A stretch of DNA of 64,000 bases from Wickerhamiella versatilis (lineage: Eukaryota). The DNA is taken from NCBI GenBank assembly GCA_030867685.1, contig JAQOWU010000007.1, positions 1,302,001-1,366,000 of the forward strand, written 5' to 3'. The stretch's first letter is position 1; each line of letters opens with the position of its first letter. The notes under the pieces were generated by a model. The model had not been told where the DNA came from. It saw nothing but the letters and a program-made list of their open reading frames with translations, and ran no database searches. Below are positions 41,248 to 52,800 of this stretch, in pieces. The translations under genes and the position numbers were made by a program.

Positions 41248-42036
41248 ATGGAGGACGATTTTGGTGAGCATCTCCAAAAGCGCGTGCGTAATCTGCAGAA
41301 AAGAAAACAGAGACTGGACAGATATGCAGAGCTTCCAAGTGATCAACTAAATGAAGATCAAGTTGCTGCACTGTCACACAAAGATAGTGTTGAGGCTCCT
41401 CTGAAAGAACTCCAAGAGCTTGGAACAGCGTATAATCAGTATTCTGAGCAGCGGGCAAAGGAGACTGCGAAAGAGGCTGAGGTTATCAGGGCTGAAGCAC
41501 AGGAGCATGGGAAGCGTGAGGGCCGTAGTGCTCTCGGTGTAGTCTTGAGATTTTTGCATGTTGCTGCTGTCAAGTACCAAACGCCAGGAGTTCCACCTGA
41601 AGAACTTTCAGCCATAGCAAAACTCTTAGAGCAGCTGTATTGCGGAACTGATGATGCTCAAGACTATGCTGAGAAGCTCTTGTCAGGCTCGGATGACCTG
41701 GTTACAGAGGACTGGCCTTATTCTAGACTCCGTAACCTCTCATTATCCCCTCCAAAGTCAGCCTTGCCAGAAACGACCCAAGAACAGAAAGAAAGTTCTC
41801 CGGTGATTTCCTTCTTGCAAGAGGATGAGCTAGTCGAGGAACCCGTGACTGTGATTGAACGAGAGGAGAGTGCCCCGGTGCAGGAGTCAAATAATAAAGA
41901 ACAAAACGGGACCAAAAAACAGGATGAGGAGTTCGTCCCTGCACGGAGAAAGCCCCGCACTGGTCCCAACCAAGCCCAGGAACCACAAAAGCGACGTAAC
42001 CCACGAAAGGGCAAGCAAAGTTCGCATAAACAATAA
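41248..42036 (+). CDS. Caprin/YAG7-like protein
   Basis: LQKRVRNLQKRKQRL...LNEDQ helical N-terminus, ISFLQEDEL, basic disordered C-terminus. Confidence 0.6.
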   Translation: MEDDFGEHLQKRVRNLQKRKQRLDRYAELPSDQLNEDQVAALSHKDSVEAPLKELQELGTAYNQYSEQRAKETAKEAEVIRAEAQEHGKREGRSALGVVLRFLHVAAVKYQTPGVPPEELSAIAKLLEQLYCGTDDAQDYAEKLLSGSDDLVTEDWPYSRLRNLSLSPPKSALPETTQEQKESSPVISFLQEDELVEEPVTVIEREESAPVQESNNKEQNGTKKQDEEFVPARRKPRTGPNQAQEPQKRRNPRKGKQSSHKQ

Positions 42037-42166
42037 GATCAACAGTACTATTAGATGGCTTAGGATAAAGAGTTAAGTGTCAAAAAAATTAGTCTAGAAA
42101 GCACGCTGTTTTTTGTTCCCTGTCGATGTGTGGGGATTAGCTCAGCGTCTTCAATTATTATTATTC

Positions 42167-43561
42167 ATGAGCGCAGCTGCCAAAAAAGATGAGGGCAATA
42201 AGGCGTTTAAAGAGGGTCGTTATGAGGATTCTCTGAAGTGCTATGAAAAGGCAATAGATTTGGATCCCAGAGAGCCAGCATACTATGCGAACAAAGCTAT
42301 GTGCCATATCAAACTTGAGCAGTTCGGGGCAGCGATCGCCGCTGCTACCTCTGCAATTTTCATCGATGCAAAGTATGCAAAGTGCTACTATAGACGTGCC
42401 ACGGCGCTATGTGGGCTAAGTGACTACAAGAAGGCCATACCAGATTTTGTGAAAGTGACTGAGCTGGTCCCTACCGATGCAGTTGCCCGCCAGAAACTAA
42501 CAGAATGTCGAAAGATGGCTCGAGCACTAGCATTTCAACGCGCTATACAACAGGAGAATCCGCCCTCTATTTTTGAGTCCTTGGATCTCGACACTATGCC
42601 TGACGATGATGGCTTGGGCCCCTTTGAGCCAACGGTAGAGTTTGCTCATAAGTTGGTAAAACATTTCCGTGATGGAAAAAAGGTAAGTCGTCGCAAGATT
42701 TATGAGATTGTTAAGCGGACTTCAGAGGCATTTCGCGCTGAGCCGGTACTCACCGAAATCGATCCAGGTGCTCAATTCACCGTATGTGGTGACACACATG
42801 GTCAATTTTTTGATTTGTGCAACTTATTTGACACATACGGTTGGCCTTCAGAGGATCATGGATATCTATTCAACGGTGACTTTGTCGACAGGGGTTCGTG
42901 GTCTACTGAGATTGCATTGACATTGTATACCTTCAAACTTGCCCTCCCAAATCGCTTCTACTTGAATCGTGGAAATCATGAGACAGACAGGATGAATATG
43001 ACTTACGGATTCAGTGGCGAGTGTTCGGCGAAATATACATCGGAAAAGGTTTTCAAAGGATTTAGTGAATCTTTTGCTAATTTACCTATTGCTGCTCTCA
43101 TAGCCGGAAAATACTTGGTCGTTCACGGCGGTTTACCAAGCCATGATGGTGTGACTCTGGATGATATTCGAAAGATTGACCGCAGTCAGCAGCAGCAACC
43201 CAGAAATGAAGGCCTCATGTGTGAGCTTCTTTGGGCTGACCCTCAGCCAGAACCAGGCTGGGCGCCCTCCAAACGGGGCGTTGGTCACATGTTTGGCCCA
43301 GATGTAACCAAGCGCTTTTGCGATAATAACAAACTCAAGGCCGTAATTAGAAGCCATGAGGTTCGGCAAGGTGGCTACGAAGTAGAGCACGATGGAAGAC
43401 TGATCACGGTTTTCAGTGCGCCAAACTACTGCGATAGCGTAGGAAATCGAGGTGCCGTAATAAATATAGGACCGGATGAAGAAATGCATTTCCAAACATT
43501 TGCGGCTGTTAAGCACCCAGACATACCAGCCATGGCCTACGCAAGTGGTCTCATGCGTTAA
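42167..43561 (+). CDS. PPT1: Ser/Thr protein phosphatase 5 (TPR + PPP domain)
   Basis: Three TPRs; GDTHGQ, GDFVDRG, RGNHE, SAPNYCD; ends PAMAYA; first ATG at 42167. Confidence 0.96.
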   Translation: MSAAAKKDEGNKAFKEGRYEDSLKCYEKAIDLDPREPAYYANKAMCHIKLEQFGAAIAAATSAIFIDAKYAKCYYRRATALCGLSDYKKAIPDFVKVTELVPTDAVARQKLTECRKMARALAFQRAIQQENPPSIFESLDLDTMPDDDGLGPFEPTVEFAHKLVKHFRDGKKVSRRKIYEIVKRTSEAFRAEPVLTEIDPGAQFTVCGDTHGQFFDLCNLFDTYGWPSEDHGYLFNGDFVDRGSWSTEIALTLYTFKLALPNRFYLNRGNHETDRMNMTYGFSGECSAKYTSEKVFKGFSESFANLPIAALIAGKYLVVHGGLPSHDGVTLDDIRKIDRSQQQQPRNEGLMCELLWADPQPEPGWAPSKRGVGHMFGPDVTKRFCDNNKLKAVIRSHEVRQGGYEVEHDGRLITVFSAPNYCDSVGNRGAVINIGPDEEMHFQTFAAVKHPDIPAMAYASGLMR

Positions 43562-43796
43562 TACTAATCTTACAATAGTAGCTAATCTTTCCTAAGTGAA
43601 TGCTGAGCAAGTTAATTTTTTATTTCATTTCAACTAATATGATTTCTGCAAAGACATAATAACCATCACCACAACATTGCTAAATAACAGATAAACCCCA
43701 AAAAAAGTTTAGACAAATGAGAAATTTAAAGATAAAAATAATTGAGAGACACATTGCGGCCTCGAGATTATGACTTCTCAGACCCTTCTGCGGAAC

Positions 43797-45281
43797 TTAC
43801 CCATCCAAGGCCGCTCGTGCCTCAAGCCACGATTCAATGTTGCGTTCTGCCCATTCAATATGGCATCTTACAAATGCTTTGACCATTTTCCGAACGTCTG
43901 CCTCTTTTGAAGCCTTATATCGTAGAAGTTCTGCCTTCACAGCATCTGATGCGGCCAATGAATCTTCCTTTGCCACTTCTAGCGCTCCTTTCAAGTGGTC
44001 AATACTTTCCTTTGTACGTGTGATATTATTTCTTCGAGAGCTTTCGGGATCCACATCCATCATACCATGAATTGCATGATTTATTTGAGAGAGGCCAGGG
44101 AGCCGGAAACGGGCGGATGCTGACGGCAAATGAGTTGTCTCGGGTTGCGCCTCATGCGCAGATTCATCTACAACGGACGCAACTTCATCTTCTGCATCAA
44201 GATCGTCATCTTCTGAATTACCTAGGGCATGAGCTATACGCTCATCTGCATGTAAATAGGTAGAGATACGTTGAGCCTCTGATTCAGCTTTTTCAAGCTG
44301 AGCAAGTTGTCTTTGCTTAGAATTCAGAGCCTCTTCAGTCATTGTTACCTGTAATGCACGGTAACGACGGTACTTAAGTACCTGACGAGCTGTGGCCGCC
44401 AATTGGACACTTTCCGTTAAAGGTTCGCTGAACTCCACTGCCAGCTGCTCTGTCAACATTTCTGTTGATATATAGCCTGTATCTACTGCTTGTCCTGCCT
44501 TCTCCACAGCTTGGGCAAAAGGAGGGGGCGACGTTTCAAGAGAAAAGGCATTCAGCTGACCGCCGAGATCAGCACTATCTGCGGCCAGCGCAGCAAAATG
44601 CTTGTTCATTCGACGGGCAGATTTCTCTAGACCACCACCAATTACTAGTTCATACTCCTTAGCTGATGTTTCTGCTTCTTTGAAATATTCATCATCCTTA
44701 AACTTTGCACCACTGGGCGGTATCGGAAGCCACTGGTGTGCCTGCTTTGGATGCGTTGGATCTAAAGGTGGGGCCTGGAGTGGCGTCTTAGGCATTTCCA
44801 CCTGGACTAAAACCTCGTTCCACGACACATTGGGGTCTAGGAATCGTTCGAAAAGCCAACTCTGGCTCAATTCAGGAATAGCAGTGCAACGATTAAGAAA
44901 TGCTGCCAGCATTCGCCGACGATGTTCAATTATTTTCACGTCTTCTTGTGCATGGGCAGGGCTTGAGGCATAGGCGGAGAGAGAGTGCTTCTCAGGAATG
45001 GGGGGTATCACAATCGTAGGAAATAACCGTCTGAGACAACGCCTGAGGCTTTCAAACTCGCTGTATCGACGGCGAACTGCTTTGGTGCCCACTTTAATGG
45101 TGTATGTGATGTGTCCGGAGTGGGCATTGTCACGCGACTTTCCAGCATCCGTAATTAGTATTTGCTGACCTTCTAGAGGCTCATTTTGTGCCAATGAGTC
45201 CTTCGCGATACGTGGTACATCTCCATTACCAATTGATTCATTATCATTCACGCTTAAGGGATTGTTGTCCTCAAAGTCCAT
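43797..45281 (-). CDS. PX-BAR sorting nexin (Atg20/Snx41 family)
   Basis: VRRRYSEFESLR, IPPIPEKH, IIEHRRRML, MDVDPESSRR; ATG at 45281. Confidence 0.9.
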   Translation of the reverse strand: MDFEDNNPLSVNDNESIGNGDVPRIAKDSLAQNEPLEGQQILITDAGKSRDNAHSGHITYTIKVGTKAVRRRYSEFESLRRCLRRLFPTIVIPPIPEKHSLSAYASSPAHAQEDVKIIEHRRRMLAAFLNRCTAIPELSQSWLFERFLDPNVSWNEVLVQVEMPKTPLQAPPLDPTHPKQAHQWLPIPPSGAKFKDDEYFKEAETSAKEYELVIGGGLEKSARRMNKHFAALAADSADLGGQLNAFSLETSPPPFAQAVEKAGQAVDTGYISTEMLTEQLAVEFSEPLTESVQLAATARQVLKYRRYRALQVTMTEEALNSKQRQLAQLEKAESEAQRISTYLHADERIAHALGNSEDDDLDAEDEVASVVDESAHEAQPETTHLPSASARFRLPGLSQINHAIHGMMDVDPESSRRNNITRTKESIDHLKGALEVAKEDSLAASDAVKAELLRYKASKEADVRKMVKAFVRCHIEWAERNIESWLEARAALDG

Positions 45282-45706
45282 TCTTGGAAGCACAATAAGG
45301 GTGGTGATGACTCAGCGGGCCAAGGCTGTATTGCCGGGAATTCCGCACTAACGGAAACTCACGGGGTCACAAGGGTAAATAAAGCTCTACTCTGGTTAAT
45401 TATAAATACAAATTGATGCTTATTTCGCTAAAATTTGCACCTTCTCTATGATCACTACAAAATATGCAAGAAGGTGACTGAATCAATTTTATGCTATGAA
45501 CATAGAAATAGGCGTCATTGAAAGAGATGATATGATGAAACGATGAAACGAGTTGGGTTACGGAAATTTAAAAAGATAATGTGTCAGTAGTAGGGTATAC
45601 AATGTGATGACCAATTTACATGCATAATATTAAATATCTTTCTGAGCGCAACATGCAAGAAGGGACTAAATAACAAGTAGCGAGTAAAAATACGGATATA
45701 AATATG

Positions 45707-47095
45707 TTAGCTTGTTTCCACAAGCATGCGCCATTTCGACACTTTCTCACCGATGTCGGTCCGGGCAGCACCAACATCGGCCGTCAGTCTAGTATGCACA
45801 GCCTCCACTTCTTCGTATGGCACATTACGGCACCCGTCTAAGGCATTGATGCCTCTGTTAGTGAGCTCACTAAGGTATTCTGACAATTGGGAATTATGAT
45901 TCTCCACCTGCTCGCGCTGGGCTTCGAGTTGATGTAGGCGCGATTCCTGAAGTGCCATTTGCTCCTCATAGAACCACATAAGACCTGCAACCTTATCTCC
46001 AGCCTGCTCTCGAAGCTCATTTACTTCCTTTTCCATTGCCTTGAGGCGTTGCTCCTGGTCGGCTGAGGTCAAAACATCATGATTTATGTGAGCCTTGGTA
46101 GTAATTCGCTTTGCCTGATCGGCATATTGAAGAGTGGCAAATGTTTGTTCGTATACCGAGGGGTTGACACATGCTATGATAGAGGTTTTGGAATTTCCTC
46201 CAAGGGAATCTTGAAGCAACCTGGTTAACACGGATTCACGGTAAGGAATGACGGAGGTGCCTCCTTCAGCTAGTAGATGTATTACCCTTCCAAGGGTAAC
46301 CAAAGATTTATTGATGTTTCCGCCTTCCTTTAACCGGTCTCCTGTCGCTCCTGTTTGACTTGCACGCTCCGACCCAGCAAGATCAACCAACCGCACCAGA
46401 CTTATTTTCTCCTCCTGAAGATCATCCTTTTCGATCACTTGCTTAATTTGTAGCGATATTACAGCGTGCGATCGTGACGAGTGCTCGTTTATCTTTGTAG
46501 AAGCTGTTGCACGTACTTTCGCCCCACGCGCTAAGCACCTGAGGACCTGATCAGTATTCCTCACTATCTGCTCGGTAATTCCTTCCACATAAACTCCTCT
46601 AGGCCCATCTCTGAGCCTTAAGGAGGTATTTCCTGGCGAGGAGGAGTTGTTGGCCAGAAGATCTCTTACGTGCTCGTTGTATATTTCCATGAATGAGAAT
46701 CTTACTGTGACTGCAGCATTTAGCATAGATATCCGTTGGAACATGTCCTCACATAGCTGTGGGACAAGTCCTGGGTCTTTCGGAGATCCCAGCATAGTAT
46801 GTGACTTGCCTGAACCCGTCTGCCCATACGCAAATATGCAGGCATTGTATCCCTCAAACGCATGGTTGAGGGACTCACGGCCAAACATCTCATGGACTTC
46901 GCAGTTTGCACTTTTGGGATCAAAGACTTTGTCGAATGCAAATGCTTTTGGACCACGCCTTTCACCAATCCCCTGTAGCTTCACTTGATCTCCATCAAAA
47001 AACAATTGTAAATCATCGTCTGTGGGCCTGGCACGCACGGCTACTTTTACGTTTCCTTTCCGCCGTTTAGCCACCTTCAAAGGACTGCCAGCCAT
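45707..47095 (-). CDS. Short kinesin-3 family motor
   Basis: GYNACIFAYGQTGSGKS, SSRSHA, LVDLAGSERA..TGATGDRLKEGGNINKSL; short coiled-coil tail; first ATG around 47095. Confidence 0.85.
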   Translation of the reverse strand: MAGSPLKVAKRRKGNVKVAVRARPTDDDLQLFFDGDQVKLQGIGERRGPKAFAFDKVFDPKSANCEVHEMFGRESLNHAFEGYNACIFAYGQTGSGKSHTMLGSPKDPGLVPQLCEDMFQRISMLNAAVTVRFSFMEIYNEHVRDLLANNSSSPGNTSLRLRDGPRGVYVEGITEQIVRNTDQVLRCLARGAKVRATASTKINEHSSRSHAVISLQIKQVIEKDDLQEEKISLVRLVDLAGSERASQTGATGDRLKEGGNINKSLVTLGRVIHLLAEGGTSVIPYRESVLTRLLQDSLGGNSKTSIIACVNPSVYEQTFATLQYADQAKRITTKAHINHDVLTSADQEQRLKAMEKEVNELREQAGDKVAGLMWFYEEQMALQESRLHQLEAQREQVENHNSQLSEYLSELTNRGINALDGCRNVPYEEVEAVHTRLTADVGAARTDIGEKVSKWRMLVETS

Positions 47096-47468
47096 ATTGT
47101 TTACAAGAAGTATGTTTATGAATGAAGCCCTTACCCTGTACACATAGAAGTGGCCTCACTCTTGAATCTATCAAGGAGTGAACTGGTCAATAGATATTAA
47201 GAAGGGGGATTGAAAAAAAAATCAACGGAATTGCACTAATGTAGTCGACAAAAGGGAAGCGAAATTAGAGGGGATTTGATGTGGTTCGTGTGGTTTGCGT
47301 GAGATATGGACATAGAAGTTTGTGTGCTCGTAGTAAGTCAATGTTATCTACACCTAGCTCCAGGTTCAATTAGAACCACATGTTTTTTCTTGGAGAATGT
47401 CAAAGAGAATCTAAGGTTAAGAGATTTAGATTCTGTCATTAGGAACCGCACTTGACTCAGCTGTATTG

Positions 47469-48278
47469 ATGTTGAAGCCGTCGCGCCAAACACTGGTTGA
47501 CTGGGTAAATGACTCCCTAAAACTTGATATTGACAAGGTTGACGATTTAGGCACTGGTGCTGCATACTGCCAGCTTCTTGACTCTCTTTTTGGGGACATA
47601 CCAATGAACAAGGTGAAGTTTGACAGTAAAAACCAATTTGACTGGGAGACAAATTGGAAGATTGTACAGCAAGCATTTGTTAGGCATGAGATTCACCGTG
47701 ATTTTGACGTGCAACGTCTCATGAGATGTCGGCTGCAGGACAATTTGGATTTTTCGCAGTGGCTGTATGATTTCTGGCATAAACAAAGTCCTATCTCTGG
47801 CTATGACCCAGTGACGAGAAGAAATTCATCATATAGATTGTCTGGTGTTCCAGCAAGCCGTACGGCTGGAACTTCCCGTTCTGTTTCAGGTGCTTCATCG
47901 ACCTCCGGTGGATCCCTGAGTCGTGTCCCACCACCTCGACCACGGTCGCGGGTTGCGTCTGCCACTGGTTTACTCGATCTCAAGCAAGAGAATACCAGGC
48001 TGCACCAGGAAAACGAAGAGCTCCGTACTGAGGTGGCAGATTTACGGGTTGCGGTCGACACATCGGTGGGCGAGCGGGAACTTTACTATTCAAAATTGCT
48101 GGAGATCGAGGAACTGGTGGGTGTAAAACTTGACGAATTCTACGCATCAAATGGCGATGAGGCGGCTGTTGGCTCGAAGGACCCCACTTTGGCATTAATC
48201 CGTCAAGTGCAAGACATCATGTTCGCGGCACCAGATGGTTTCCAACCTCCTCATCGACTGGAGGATGAACCTTTTTAA
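47469..48278 (+). CDS. BIM1: EB1 family microtubule plus-end tracking protein
   Basis: CH domain SRQTLVDWVN..GTGAAYCQ..QDNLDFSQW; EBH ERELYYSKLLEIE; acidic-aromatic C-terminus EDEPF. Confidence 0.94.
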   Translation: MLKPSRQTLVDWVNDSLKLDIDKVDDLGTGAAYCQLLDSLFGDIPMNKVKFDSKNQFDWETNWKIVQQAFVRHEIHRDFDVQRLMRCRLQDNLDFSQWLYDFWHKQSPISGYDPVTRRNSSYRLSGVPASRTAGTSRSVSGASSTSGGSLSRVPPPRPRSRVASATGLLDLKQENTRLHQENEELRTEVADLRVAVDTSVGERELYYSKLLEIEELVGVKLDEFYASNGDEAAVGSKDPTLALIRQVQDIMFAAPDGFQPPHRLEDEPF

Positions 48279-48448
48279 TGATGACTTGGAAATCAAAGGT
48301 CTGTTGGCCAAAAAAATTAATTAATTTTTCTTTTCAGAGGAGAGGAGAGGCACTTTATACCTCAAACAAGTTAAATTGGGCATTTCAGTCCAATCCAAAT
48401 TTATTTAAATGTCAAAAGCTTCAAGTGCTGGCTTATATGTCATCTAAG

Positions 48449-49480
48449 TTATTTACTAGAGTAATGGGTGGTTGACTGCTTGAGGATCGTTTGAGCAGCT
48501 AACTCTGGTGTAATGTCCCGTTGAGGCATGCCCATCATTTCAAAGCCCACCAAGAACTTCTTTACTGTGGCAGAACGCAGTAGCGGTGGATAGAAGTGGA
48601 ATAGGAGGTGCTCAACATCAGGCTCCTGGCCACCAACAAACTTTTGGTGAATACCCATCGAGTAAGGGAAACTAGTACGGAACAAGTTGTCATACCTTAT
48701 TGTCAAAAGACTCAAAATTGATGCCAGATCTTTCTGTTCTTTCTCCGTCAAATCATGCAAAGATGGTATACGACGCTTGGAGACGACCATAGTCTCAAAC
48801 GGCCAAGTAGCCCAGAATGGCACAAGCGATACAAAACTATCGTTCTCATCAATTATTCTTTCCTTCTTAGCAAGTTCTTCTTTAACGTAGTCCTCAAGCA
48901 TGTGCCTTCCCGTTTTCTGGTGATACTCAAGAAGTGCTTCATGCTCAAGCTGGGGCTCATCTGGGATCACACTGGTGAGCCAAGCTTGACCATGTGGGTG
49001 CGGGTTGGAACAACCCATTGTAGAACCCTTGTTTTCAAAAATTTGGCAATATTTCACTTGAGGATCATCTATCGCAGTTTGATAGATTTCCTTCCACGCA
49101 TCAATGACTTTCACAATGTCTGGTACTGCCATGTTTGCCAGAGTAACATTGTGTTTCGGCGAAAAGCACACCACGAAACATCGTCCTACCACTGGATCGG
49201 CCCGGAATAGTCCATCATTCAGCGGTTCACCTGAATTATTTGGAGTTACTGCCATGAAGTCGTTCGGGAAAATATAAGTATGCTCGTACTGCGGATTCTC
49301 GGATCCATTCGCCCTGGTGTTCCCAGGGCACAGGTAGCACTTTGGATCATACGCCGGCTTGTCATCGGCGATTGTCTCCTCATCTCCCTGCCAAGGACGC
49401 TTCGTTCTATGTGGCGAGCATAAAACCCACGATCTTCTCAGTGGATTATAACGCCGGTGAACTTCAGTAAGTACTGTCAT
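48449..49480 (-). CDS. GAL7: Galactose-1-phosphate uridylyltransferase
   Basis: HRRYNPL, SPHRTKRPWQG, CYLCPGN, MGCSNPHPHGQ, PPLLRSATVKKF. Confidence 0.97.
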   Translation of the reverse strand: MTVLTEVHRRYNPLRRSWVLCSPHRTKRPWQGDEETIADDKPAYDPKCYLCPGNTRANGSENPQYEHTYIFPNDFMAVTPNNSGEPLNDGLFRADPVVGRCFVVCFSPKHNVTLANMAVPDIVKVIDAWKEIYQTAIDDPQVKYCQIFENKGSTMGCSNPHPHGQAWLTSVIPDEPQLEHEALLEYHQKTGRHMLEDYVKEELAKKERIIDENDSFVSLVPFWATWPFETMVVSKRRIPSLHDLTEKEQKDLASILSLLTIRYDNLFRTSFPYSMGIHQKFVGGQEPDVEHLLFHFYPPLLRSATVKKFLVGFEMMGMPQRDITPELAAQTILKQSTTHYSSK

Positions 49481-49823
49481 GTTACCCCACTGCGTACCTA
49501 TCGAGTAATTATATATGTTATTAATAATCGTGTTTCAAGCGAAGTGCATGAAAAGATGCCGTGCACCTGTCGTGTAATGTATGTGCTCCGCTGTCGTTTT
49601 CTTGAGTAGGAGATCTTTATCACCAGATCGTAGTCAGATATATTTATTGTTAGACTGCTGCCAACTGCGGCATGCTGCACCGGGTAACGCAAGGTGACAT
49701 AGTCGATAACACCGCCGATATCACACCCTGTGATCCCCTCTGCCCTCCCCTCGGTGGTTCGTGGAGACAGAGGGTCACTACCCCAGACCAGAGAATTATT
49801 AAGTTTAGAGTAAGCCGGAGAAA

Positions 49824-52800
49824 ATGGACCTGCTGGTGCCATTCTTGGCAAAGAGTGCTGACATCCAAGAACTTCTTGGTGAATGCAGGACTTTAGAAGA
49901 TGCTAAGCTACTTTTAGCGGTTTACAGAGCAGCGCCAAGTAACCCCCTAGTGAAGAAACATATTGAGGCGGTAACTTATGATCTTTTGCGTTTTAAGGGC
50001 CACGAGGAAACTCTTTCTTTCCTAGTCGAAAATATAGACGAAGTAAGGGCTCAAACATTATCACACGGTGATACAGATACCTTGACTTATGTGTTCCTTC
50101 ATAAAAAAGCTTCGCCGGATACCGAGGTTCTCAGCCGAACCTGGAATCTTTTGACTGATGAAGATACGGCCCGATCTGCGGCTACTCTGTTGACTTTTGC
50201 ACTTCCTCTTTCCGCACTAAAGTTCAATGCGTGGCCTTATATTAAGGCGGCCATGGATGTTGATCCAAACTCGGCCCTGAAGGCATGGTTGGCATGGTCA
50301 AAAACTGATAACGACGCTTGGAAAGACGACGAGTACTGGGAGATATTACAGCAGCATATCGGACGAAGTTCACTGACTCGAGAAAACACCAAGTATGCGT
50401 TGCAGATAATGCGTCATACGTTTAAGAGACTTCCGGCATCAGTCCACATGAAGCATTTCGACTGGGAGGTAGGCTCAAGTGACTTGTGGTACAGGCTTTT
50501 GACATTAATTGAAATTGTAGGGGTAGACGCTTCCCATAATCAGACTGTTGATAGCGCCTCTAGTATAGTGGCAATCTGCGGGCCCACATCGCCAATTACT
50601 GCATCTTGGATCTTGGTTTTACTTGAGGCTGGTCTTACTTGCAATATAGACCCTGTAAAACAGTTTTTGACTGAACTCATGATGTCATTCGATGCTAGCC
50701 ATCTACAGTATCTTAAAGCTAATCCTGGCTTTGTAGCCAATGTGCTCTTACCGCGAACTGCGCTAGCAAGTAATTTTGTTGTGGATGATGCCAGAAATTG
50801 TGCTTATATAGACCTCTTTTCCAGTTTCATCCAACGAGTGGTAAGAGCTTTTGAGAATGAGGTACCTGCCCTCCTACGAGCAGTCTGTGAAGAGAACTTA
50901 GAGAGAAGGCTAGTTTGGGAAGCGCCACGTCTGTTAATTTGGCAAGTCCTAGCAAAATATTTGGGAGGAATTGATTTTGAAACAGCGAAGCTTGTCGTTG
51001 AGGCAGGTTGTTCTGCTAGTCAGAATTCGCGAGCGGCTCCTCTTGCCATGGCTACTCAACATGCATGTTACACGATAGTTTTTAATAACTTTTCTATGGG
51101 CTCTCCAGAGGAATATGCAGTACTCATAGGTATCATGGGCTCTAATGGACTCGAGTGGATTGATGTGGACCAGGTAGCAAGATGGATACCACACAAGGAG
51201 CTCCCCTCCATGTCTCCGCTCTACAAGGCCATTTCAGATAATTATACGCATGAAGGGCCGGAATTGACAGTCAATATTGACGATCCCGTGGGAGAGGTTC
51301 AAAGGATGAAGCGAAATCGGACCCGTGAAGAGCGCAAAGATGCTGGGCTCCGAGTAAAAAGACTTTTCGAACAACTCGACGATTGCTCTGATAGCCTATG
51401 CCTGGATGCCTTCTCATATGAGGATGCTCGACTAGCCATTCTGCAGTGTTTGAAACGGAGAAATGAACCTTTATCACTGGAACTTCTTCAAGAACTTTGG
51501 GAATATATGAAAGAGACAGGTTTGAGACAAATTGATCGACCCGCACATCATGCACTCATCGCTCTGCTGCCACTTGTCAACGGAAGTTGTGAGCCATTGG
51601 CATTGGAAATCATAAGTGAGTCTTTCGCTCGACGTGATATCCTAGGTCCTCTGGTCGACGCCTTGTATCCGAAGGAGGGAGAATGGGTTGGTAGGGTGAT
51701 GGCATCTGCTTATATGCAGATGCACCTAGAACATCCTGCTTTCTTGATTGACTCGATACTCGCGGAAAAACTTGGTACTTATGAAAGGTTTTGGGGTAAA
51801 CCCGAAAGCTATGCCAAAGCCCGCGCCATTAGCTGGTTCGACAGAAGTTCACCTCCTGCCTTAGGTCTCTGGTTATTCAAATCTTCGAAATTTAAGCTCC
51901 TTAAGCCCGGAAAAAGCCATGATGGAGATGAAGAGCGTATTCGCTGTCTTGCTTACCAGCTTATTTTAATATTGCAAAAACATGGCTCACTAGGTCCTGA
52001 GGTACTACCGCAGTTAGACGTCGCTATTGAAATCGAGACTTCCCCAATGGTGCGCGTGTACATTGAATGGCTTTATTCTCGCCTACTGGCATCAAATACG
52101 GAATATATTGGTCGTGTGACCGGAAAACTAAGCAAGCAATTGGCGCCTCGACTTGTATCATCTTTTGGCCGTATATCAGTGCTCGTAGCCATGGCAACAG
52201 ATGAGCCAGGTCTTTTGGAAGGGATTGTGAGCAACCTATTACCTCTTGCGACTAACAACCGTGCGCAAATAAGACACTTTGCCCAAGGCTGTCTTTATGC
52301 CATGTCACACATACCGTGCTTGCTGCGCCAACTTAATGAGCCTTGGCGAAGTCTTGTGGTAGATACCGGAGAGATTACTGGGATGATGGAAAGCTACAAG
52401 GATTTTAAACCGGGAGATGAACTGTTCTGGGATATCTCTGATACTCGTCTCGGCCCAATCTGTGGTGGCATTGTCTCTAAGGTTATGGATAATCGAACGC
52501 CTCATGACTATCTGACTGTTTCTGATCTAGTTCGGTTTTTGGGTGGAACTAAAGAAGATTACGGTGAAGGCTGGCAGCCTGTTCCTAATGAGTCTATGGC
52601 TTTGTGGCAGCACCTTACAGCGATAAAGGGAGATAACGAGCCTCTGCACCAAATTCAGACAAAGGCAGCGGCGGAGTATATGAAACGTTCTGATCTGGTT
52701 GTTGTAGCCTCACTGTGCGACCTTGTTCCTAACCTCGGAGGAATATGTCGTCTGTGCGATGCTCTCGGTGTAGGTGAACTTGTCTTGAACTCTCTTGCAG

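Noticed and set aside
45532-45645. Possible C/D snoRNA (ATGATGA, GTGATGA ... CTGA)
   Set aside because: No terminal stem and no recognisable rRNA-complementary guide; would need snoscan to revisit
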